A DNA stretch of 64,000 nucleotides from Octopus vulgaris (Eukaryota), in the NCBI GenBank assembly GCA_951406725.2, contig OX597820.1, forward strand, positions 97,836,001 through 97,900,000, written 5' to 3'. Below are positions 54,721-64,000 of this stretch, one piece after another. The translations under genes and the position numbers were made by a program. Under the pieces are notes generated by a model. It saw nothing but the letters and a program-made list of their open reading frames with translations. It was not told the DNA's origin and made no database searches. The first letter of the stretch is position 1. The number at the start of each line of letters is the position of its first letter.

Positions 54721-54725
<5 letters not shown>
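54133..54725. mobile_element. (TA)n-embedded PLE-like fragment with a perfect internal hairpin and a hammerhead
   Basis: Hairpin at 54333-54390 (28-bp arms), HHR at 54593-54653, and (TA)n on both sides. Confidence 0.7.
54593..54653 (+). ncRNA. Type-I hammerhead motif (U4C variant)
   Basis: gtct CCGATGA ag ggatatt...aatatcc ta GAAAC agct GTA agac, with palindromic stem III ACAGCTGT. Confidence 0.75.
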
Positions 54726-54772
<47 letters not shown>

Positions 54773-55483
54773 ATATTAATTATATTCTTCATAACAGTGA
54801 TCCATCATTCCTAAACTATTACCTAGCTAAAATAAAGAATTAATTCCCTGCGATGTTCTTCATGAGAATCAGCGTTCTTAGTGTTTCTTCATTGAGTACT
54901 TATAACATTCTTCCGGTCCCAATTCGTGAACATCCAATGCTTCTGCCAAAGAGGGTCCGTGATTAAAGTAGGGCTTTTGAAAAAAAATTCAGTCTAGGTC
55001 CCTTGAGATTTGTTAATGCACATTGTGGTACTTAGGTGTACTGGAATTTGGAGTGTTGTGAAATGAAATGCTGGATCGTAATATGATGATGAGAAACCTT
55101 TTTGCAGATATTTTAACGAATAACGTTCCTTCGCTGCGAGATTTATAGGAAAGCATTTCCTTGAGAATATCACCACCCCTCACTCATAACGGTTTAGTTC
55201 TCTTCAGGCTGAAAAGAACTATCGAGAAAATAGGCTTATTTTTGTGAAACATGTATTTTAACCATAATGCACTGTGGAATACGTTTGAAATCTTTTAGCA
55301 AGCACTCTCCAAAAAGTTGATAGCCACAAATATATTCACACTGCAGAAAGAAACACATTATGAAATCCTTTGTTTCGAATATTATTTTTAACTACGTAGA
55401 GAAAAGAAAACACACTGAAGAAATTTAATCCACATTTTAATTCTGGTGATAAAAATCATATATGCAAACACATACGCACACGT

Positions 55484-55537
<54 letters not shown>

Positions 55538-55729
55538 TCTGAAAGCGATAATTAATCGTAAACATAACTATTATACACGTGCATGTGCACATTATATCGT
55601 ATATATATTGCGCACTTCTCACAACATTAAGAGATTTTAACTCTTATTTCTTGCAATATAGGTGCTTCGATAAAATTTTTCCTTTATGGTATTATATTGC
55701 ACCTAGTTGTTTATATTAATTTGCGTGTG

Positions 55730-55774
<45 letters not shown>

Positions 55775-56393
55775 ACACATATACATGTATGTGTACATGT
55801 ATGCAGCAGTAGAGAAATTGCCTAAAGAAATGTTTGGAACTTTCTCCTGTGTGAAAATGGAACAGTAAAATAAAACATGTTTAACACATCCAGGCTCACT
55901 TTCCTACTTCAGTACACTAGTTTGTGTAGATGTTGAGAGGATTTCAAAATGAGCTTGTTTAACTTTAATCTTAATAATTCGTTTTTCCGGTTGCTTTAAA
56001 ATCCACACTTTGCTTCCTGGGGCAATTAATGAACGGTAAATGTGTTTTTATATGCGCAGGTTTATTGAAGGCGTATTTATTACAGAACGTATGTGAATGT
56101 GTTTGCATGTATATGAGTAATACAGCGGTAGAACGCTCAGTCGTAGACCTGTTCGATAATTTAAGGGCAAGGGATTTAAGTTGAAGATGCAATGATAGTA
56201 TTCCAGCACACTTTTACGGAAATTTTAGATTTACATTCAAACACTTAGGCAATGTATAAATCTTAATGGATTTTAAATAAACACTTCAGTATAAGACGGT
56301 AAATAATAATACTTACTGGATTTTGGGCATCCATTCAGGGGCTTTTGAGCCATCACAGAATGGGAAAGCAGACAAATATTCACAATATGTATG

Positions 56394-56434
<41 letters not shown>

Positions 56435-57334
56435 AACACACACACACACACAGCTTACAGTTTTCTCAGTGACTTAATCAAAGAAGGAAAGAAATACATA
56501 TGACAGTTTTGAAGATTATTTTCAGATTAGAGATCTAAGCTTAATAATACAATAAAATAAATGTATTTCTACGCGAGGGTCATGCGTTGCTATTAAACTA
56601 AGCGACGGCTTAAGCTGTTCACTTAATAACCGTTGCAACTGGCATCTGTGCATCATGCTAAATTTATATACACCGTTGAAAGGTATGATGCATTGGTTTT
56701 TGCCTGAGAAAAAAACCTCATGATAGACATACTTAGTTAAATACACAAAATATATCGGAGAGAAGCGAACGTCTTGGTAGCATGTCAATACTGTAAACCC
56801 GTTTGTTACTTGTCACTTAAATTTCGACCCAGCCAATTTCACTCACAGGAGCAGTTTACCATATCAATATTAAAGAGAATATTGCTCTGTAGCTGCGAAC
56901 TAAACTTTATAAAGGAGATAGGGATGTTATGTTCGACTCCGCGAGAAGATTTGTCTATTTCTTAGAACAGTTATTAACCACTGCTGGCTCTTTGCTTTCT
57001 GATGGACTCGTCTACATAGATATAAAAACGTACTTCGGTGTAGGAATATATCAGCTTACTAAACAGCTGTGGTAGCATTTGTCAATTTGACATGTGTTTT
57101 GTTATGCTGCAGTACTTTGAGCTTACCTCAACGGCTCATTTTTAAAGATGAAGGTTGTTCATTAAGCTGAACTCTCCCTAAATACTTTCGCTCCGTCTCT
57201 CTCTGTCTATCTCTCTCTAATGACGTGTGTTGGGGCTTTCCAATGTTCTAAAGGGTTATGTGACAAATTCCGAGGAGATAGCCGTCACAAACCTGGAAGC
57301 ACTTTTCTTAACCCTCAACTGCAATAAATATTCT

Positions 57335-57727
57335 TTTACTCTCTTAATCTTTTGCTTGTTTCAATCATTAGGCTGCGGCCATGCTGGAGCACCGCCTTGA
57401 AGAATTTTACTTGCACTAATCGACTCCAGCTTTTAACACATCGTGCTTATTCTATCAATTTCTTTTGCCGAATCGCTAAGTTATGGTTACGTAAACACAG
57501 TGACACTGGTTGTCAAGCGGTAGTGGGGGACAAATACAGACACAAAGAGTCACTCACACACACACACATGACGGGCCCCTTTCGGTTTCTCCGTCCGCCA
57601 AATCAACTCACAAGGCCTTGGTCTGCCCGTGGCTATAGTAGAAGACACTTGTTTTAGGTGCCCCGCAGTGGGACTGAACCGGTATCATGTGGTTGCGAAG
57701 CAAGCTTCTTGCCACACAGCCATGCCC
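57335..57727 (-). mobile_element. SINE family B, diverged
   Basis: Reverse complement of family B. Confidence 0.8.
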
Positions 57728-58488
57728 ATGAGCAGATATTCAAAATTAAATCTCACGCCAGTGTGGCCTGCTTGCAGAAAATTACGTCCAGATTAAAAGA
57801 CATTTCGTGCCGCAAAATCAGTGATGCACCTGTATATCTACAGTTAATTACATCAATAAGTAGATATATAAACAAATATATAAACAAACCTGTGTTAACA
57901 ATAATATGATAGTTTAATATAACTCCAGTGTTATTTCTACTGCTGATTAAATCGACGTTTAGTGTGGTTAATTACTGTAACTAATTTTATCACTCTCCAA
58001 GGAATATGCTGCAAAATTGAATTCTCTAGGGATTTTTCTCAAGAGTTAAAGGAGCGAAATGAAATACTATAAGGTTCTTTAGTGTTGTAGGAATGTTTGT
58101 AACAAACCGGCATACTAATGAAAATATAAATTTATAGTAAAAGACGGGAATATGGCCCACTCGCTCTCATTCTCTCTCATTTTTTCTCTTTCTCTTAAGA
58201 GTTGAGCTGAAACTAGAGAAAAAGAAAATCAGCCGGAGATTTCCTTTCATTTTATGGAAGTAACAAATGTTCATCGTTAATTTATCCGCAAAACATAAAA
58301 TTAAATTCTAATTTGCTAAATATAACTTGCGAAATTAATCGTAAGCTTGAACGTGCGCACATATAAGTGTGTGTGTGTTTATTTATTTTAGAAAATAGTT
58401 TTAGAAAGAACGATATTTGCAAAAGGTTATCTGAATATAAATTTATTATTTATATAAACATCTTTAACAAAATCAGATCAACGTAGGT

Positions 58489-58543
<55 letters not shown>

Positions 58544-58639
58544 GCTTTTTCCTTCCGGTCTTTCAAAATGTGACCTCGTGTGTACCGTTGGCGATTTTTT
58601 TCCTCTGTCTTCCCTTCTCTGGATCTTTCCTTCTTCTAT

Positions 58640-58674
58640 GTTTCCGACGAAGAGCTCCGCTCGAAACGTTAAAC
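58640..58674 (+). ncRNA. Minimal hammerhead motif in a ~200-bp (TA)n-embedded element (58575-58775)
   Basis: gttt CCGACGA a gagc-tcc-gctc GAAAC GTT aaac. Confidence 0.7.
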
Positions 58675-58785
58675 CCTCCTTCTTTCCTTCTTTCCTGAGC
58701 GTCCAATAATACTATATTTGTTCCACGTCCTCACGTTGTTGTGTTTTTTTGTGCTTTCTTGTTTGGATTAACTTTATATATATAT

Positions 58786-60001
58786 GAAATTCTTTAGAGG
58801 TAATTTTTCTCTATGTACACAGAACACACCGAAGTACTCGAGACATTTGAGCTATAGAAAAAATAAGAATAAGCATATAATATATGTTTCCTTATAAAAA
58901 TTATGTGCACAAAATCATGCAATAAAAATATATAGATATATAAATACATTAAAAATACATTAACGTATATAAATATACCAATTCAAATACACTAAGAATA
59001 TATTAAGATTGTACAAATATATAGTCCTACTTACAATAAAAACGATAACAATAAAAACGATAGAATAGGTAGAGTATAAAATCAGTGTAGCATGTTATAA
59101 ATCCACATGGAAGGTTATAAGTCCTTAAGGTCCGACGGCCGTTTCTGGGGGTATAGTGGTTCAAAGATATAGATTTTAAGGTTCATTAATTCATACCACC
59201 GCCTCGTTCTTCATATGAATTTCTAACTTTATGTGGAATTCAAAGTTGACAGACTTTATAAAGAGCTACATTTATTAAGGGTGGATGTAGGTATACATTT
59301 ATTATTAAGGGTGGTTGTAGATGTGTGTAGAAGACGAAGCTATTAATAATAGAGGATTAGAGGAGAAGCTATAATCCAAGCTATTACAATTCAAACTTAA
59401 TGAAATAATAATTTATTGTGAAGTTATGAAGAGTTAGGGAAATGTCTAACGATCGAATAATACCTATGTCTACAAAAGAATATAACATCTGAAAACCTAT
59501 TTAACATTGAACAATTATACATACGCAGGATAGTTAATGGTTCTTTAATACAGGGTTTACATTTACGTGTATATGAATTGTAAGGGGGGAACTTCTGTTA
59601 CTATTGACCAGGATAGTTTGAACTGTATATTTTGTGCTTTGAGATTATGGATATGTGTAACTAGTGAAGTAGGACATTTTGCTATGGGATTAATAAATTA
59701 ATTAATATGTGCACGATATCTACGCTTAAAATCTACTGGTTGCAGGGTGTCATCATATATCACATTTATATATAACATTTTTGCGTAAGTAAAAACCTTC
59801 AAGAGGTCTTAAATTGGATGCGCGACAGTTACAGGATATTCGTTTTTTTTTTATGGAGTACCGTCCTCGTGAGGCTAATTTAGATTGACATGTCGTTGGT
59901 AAGGGTGGGTCTAAGTCGGAGTTTATTACAGAATTGGAAGGAATAGTTATGTTGGAACTGGAACTCATTATTTGGTAACCAGGGTCGCGAGTTATTGTCA
60001 T
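58786..60001 (-). mobile_element. Penelope-like retroelement 3' part: decayed GIY-YIG endonuclease region (60001-59424) plus 3' pLTR-like tail ending in (TA)n
   Basis: SCNCRASNLRPLEGFYLRKNVIYKCDI ... FKRRYRAH ... TSLVTHIHNLK ... LSW ... CKPCIKEPLTIL ... LNRFSDVIFFCRHR matches the CNC-xPLxGxxL-VIY...FKxRY...CRH pattern of PLE endonucleases. A half-HHR GAAAC ggcc GTC lies at 59145-59134. Confidence 0.85.
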
Positions 60002-60414
60002 CCGAACAAACGGAAAATCCTGCAGCTGTGTACGTCACGCCTTTCTGCCTTTACAATGTTCACATAGTATTGAGCATCAGTCATGATGTCGGTGGTTTTG
60101 ATACGCAGCACTAATCATCATAAGTGACTCCTTTCCAATATTTTGATGACTTGCAGTCTTCCATGTCATCTAATGTTTTTTCAATTTTAACTACAGCTTC
60201 AATCTTTCTGCTCTCTCAGACCATTGACTGTTGACCAATACATTAAGCTGTTAATGGAAAAAACATAAAAATCGTCAAATTTAGACCTAAAACTCGAGTG
60301 AAGTAGAGAGAGGGAGGGAGAGGAAGAGTGAGAAAAAGAGAGAACAGGAGAAAGAACGATATATATATATATATATATATATATAGAAAGAGAGAGAGAG
60401 AGAGAGATACCTAG

Positions 60415-60457
<43 letters not shown>

Positions 60458-60494
60458 GAGAGAGAAAAGAGAGAGTGAAAGAGAGAGAAGGAGA

Positions 60495-60589
<95 letters not shown>

Positions 60590-60869
60590 TTGTGGAACCT
60601 GAAAATTTCAGAAATCAGTAACTGCGTTTTTCGATTTTTGAACAGAGATTTTGAAGATATTTCAATGCGATGATAAGCTAAAATCAAAGCGAACATTAAT
60701 TGAATGTAAATTGTATTCAACACTGGAAAGCTATGAATCTCAGTGATTCAGACTGTATAGATATCTTACGAAATATACTCAATTGAGAAAAATATTATAA
60801 AAATGGTCCACGATAAGGAGATTTATTACTTGACAAATTTATTCGTCAGTTGTAATTAACAATCAACAG

Positions 60870-61070
60870 GAACAAGGCCGGAAATTTTGAAGGAGGAGCT
60901 AAGGCAATTTCATCGACTCCAGTACGTAACTAGCACGTATTTCCTCGATCCCAAAAGGATAAAAAGCAAAGTCAACATAACCGAAATTTGAACTCAAAAC
61001 GTAGCGACGGGCGAAATGCTACTAAGAATTTCGACCAAATTGCCAACGGTTCTCCCACCTAGCCGCCTTG
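60870..61070 (-). mobile_element. SINE family A, diverged
   Basis: Diverged reverse complement of family A. Confidence 0.65.
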
Positions 61071-61316
61071 CGATTTGAATAATTAATAGCTTATAGTTTA
61101 CATTGTATGGTGCACAAATTTCTTGATATATCCGGATATTTTATGCTACTATGAATCATGTTTTCATGGTTAAAAATATCGCTTTACAACTATAAAGTTT
61201 CGAGTTCGGCCTCATTGTGCGGCATCATAGGACAAAGTCTTTTACTGTAGACCCGAGCCAAGAAATATCTTTTAAGTGAATTTAGTTGACGAAAATTTGA
61301 AGTTTTTCATATATAT

Positions 61317-62605
61317 ATAGGAAAGCGTTGTGCTAGAACACAAAAAGGGATAAATTCATGAAAGGAATGAAAATTAAAAACATTTACCATCTCAACTATG
61401 TCCCAGACCGACGGTTTCTAACTATTTCCAGCAAAAAAAATGTATTTGCCGAAGGCAAGTTTCTTCAGTCGGACAGCCTTAATAATCCTGTTGTACAGAC
61501 TGTTAGATCCACATGTAGATCGAACGGTTTGTAAATCCTAACTTTTCGAACCTCTGCGCAAACGCAAATCATACCCGGCGACAGAGAGGATGCCGGTAAA
61601 AAATTTACGAACAAATTTGTAAAACAATATTTAAACATAATAAAATAGGGTAATAATAAATTATTATTACCAGTGGCCGAGCACAAGAAAATTACCCAAT
61701 TTTATTATGTTTTTATTTTTATTATTATTACCCTATTTTATGTTTAAATATGACAATATCCTGCAACCCTGGTTACCAAATAATGGGTTCCAGTTCCAAC
61801 ATAACTATTCCTTCCAATTCTGTAATAAACTCCGACTTAGACCCACCCTTACCAACGACATGTCAATCTAAATTAGCCTCACGAGGACGGTACTCCATAA
61901 AAAGAAACGAATATCCTGTAACTGTCGCGCATCCAATTTATACCCTCTTGAAGGTTTTTACTTACGCAAAAATGTTATATATAAATGTGATATATGATGA
62001 CACCCTGCAACCAGTAGATTTTAAGCGTAGATATCGTGCACATATTAATTAATTTATTAATCCCATAGCGAAATTTCCTACTTCACTAGTTACACATATC
62101 CATAATCTCAAAGCACAAAATATACAGTTCAAACTATCCTGGTTAATAGTAACAGAAGTTCCCCCCCTTACAATTCATATACACGTAGATGTAAACCCTG
62201 TATTAAAGAACCATTAACTATCCTCTCTGTCGCCGGGTATGATTTGCGTCTGTGCAGCGGTTTGAAAAGTTAGGATTTAAAAACCGTTCGATCTACATGT
62301 GGATTTAACAGTCTGTACATCAGGATTATTAAGGCTGTCCGACTGAAGAAACTTGCCTTCGGCAAATATATTTTTTTTGCTGGAAATAGTTAGATACCGT
62401 CGGTCTGGGATATAGTTGAGATGGTAAATGTTTTTAATTTTCATTCCTTTCATGAATTTATCCCTTTTTGTGTTCTAGCACAACGCTTTCCTATTTGGAA
62501 GCCTCTTATTGTATTTCTATATGAATAATATACAGTCTAATGACTAATTCGTTTTTTGTGCTAGGTAACTGGTAATAATAATTTATTATTACCCTATTTT
62601 ATTAT
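61317..62605 (+). mobile_element. Chimeric PLE-derived structure: inverted pLTR (61317-61591), endonuclease fragment (61750-62224), pLTR (62225-62492) and tail
   Basis: 61750-62224 is the reverse complement of 59527-60001, and 62220-62492 is the reverse complement of 61317-61591. Imperfect HHR-like CTGAAGA aact...agtt a GAAAC c GTC. (TA)n on both sides. Confidence 0.8.
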
Positions 62606-62632
62606 ATATATATATATATAAAAGAAATATTG

Positions 62633-62840
62633 AATTTCTAAATCTCTCGTAGAGACATGTACGGTGGTGGGGCGATAGAATGATTGTATACTGTCAATCT
62701 AACAAGAACGTGACAGTAGGGGGTACACCACCGCTGTATAGCCATCAGGAGGCGTTCGATGCTTCCTAGGGCTATACAGCGGTGGTGTACCCCCTAATGT
62801 CACGTTCTTGTTAGATTGACAGTATACAACCATTCTATCC
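62633..62840. mobile_element. Fold-back element (~70-bp arms) in (TA)n
   Basis: Arms at 62674-62743 and 62769-62839. Leader atttctaaatctct is shared with the 5326 element. Confidence 0.8.
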
Positions 62841-62939
62841 TATATATATATATATTCTATATATATATATATATATACATATGTATGTTTGTATGTATGT
62901 ATGTATATATATACATACATATATGTGTATATGTATATA

Positions 62940-63014
<75 letters not shown>

Positions 63015-63169
63015 TATCTCAAAATTAATCATCACTAAATGTGGCCAAGGTTGTTGAAGCACCTACATTGCTAGAAATAAAAGTTAGAAACTCTTAATGT
63101 TGTAAGGAGAGCGCGATCTCTCTCTCTCTCTCTCTCTATCCCACTCTCTCTCTCTCCCTCTCTCTATTA

Positions 63170-63572
63170 TTTGTTTCAGTCATTTGACTACGGCCATGCT
63201 GGAGCACCACCTTTAGTCGAGCAGATCGACCGCAGGACTTATTCTTTGTGCGCCTTGTACTTATTCCATCGTTTCTTTAGCCGAACCGCTAAGTTACAGG
63301 GACGTAAACGCACCACCATTGGTTGTCAAGCAATGCTGGAGTACAAACACAGACACACAAACACACACACACATACGCACACACACACACACACATACAT
63401 ACACACACACACATACACACATACGTATATATTACGACGTGCTTCTTTCAGTCTTCGTCTGCCAAATCCACTCACATGGCTTGGCTAGGCCCAAGGTGTC
63501 ACGCAGTGGGGACTGAATCCACAACGATGTGGTTGGTAAGCAAGCTACTTACTACACAGCCACTCCTGCACC
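63170..63572 (-). mobile_element. SINE family B
   Basis: Reverse complement of family B. Confidence 0.85.
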
Positions 63573-64000
63573 TATATATATATATATATATGCATGCATA
63601 CGTTGCATCAACGATAATGATTTGAACGTGTACAGGACGCGACAGTACTCAATATCAGTTACGTGTATTTAATATAATGCAGTCAGCATTTAAGTTCTTA
63701 CGCGGTTACAAGCTGTTTCGTGCAATTATTATATTATTTCATAATACACTTGTTCATGCTATCTCATTTACATTACGCATGACAACAACTACTACAATTT
63801 CGAGACGATGACGAAGATAATAATAATAGTGATGATGACCAAACCCTCATGAATCCCACTTGAGTTTAGATCTATGATGAAATGTGTATCAGCTCTACAT
63901 TTCTTGACCTTTCTAAGATCTAATGTATCCATGATTATGTTATGCAATGCGTTATTTCTTATTCGGCAGACATAGCAGGCCATGATAATGATGAGGGTGG

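Overview
Eukaryotic, AT-rich, microsatellite-dense intergenic or intronic DNA. I could not support any host protein-coding gene; almost all listed ORFs are microsatellite or SINE artefacts. The SINE repertoire points to an octopus (coleoid cephalopod) genome; this is recognition from memory, not a database result. Contents: four tRNA-derived SINE families; 3' remnants of Dong/R4, CR1/L2-type and RTE LINEs; two decayed Tc1 elements; an internally deleted mariner; a hAT remnant; and non-autonomous Helitrons. The most interesting layer is a dense set of short elements, mostly embedded in (TA)n tracts, that carry minimal type-I hammerhead ribozyme (HHR) motifs. I count about 20 intact or decayed motifs from several unrelated families. 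They occur as tandem HHR-to-HHR units (about 460 and 346 nt), as fold-backs, and once fused to a tRNA-like Pol III head. Core variants recur in more than one copy, including a compensatory G3-C8 swap. A decayed Penelope-like (PLE) GIY-YIG endonuclease region is present in two inverted copies at 59-62 kb. All structures were read by eye, and coordinates of decayed elements are approximate.
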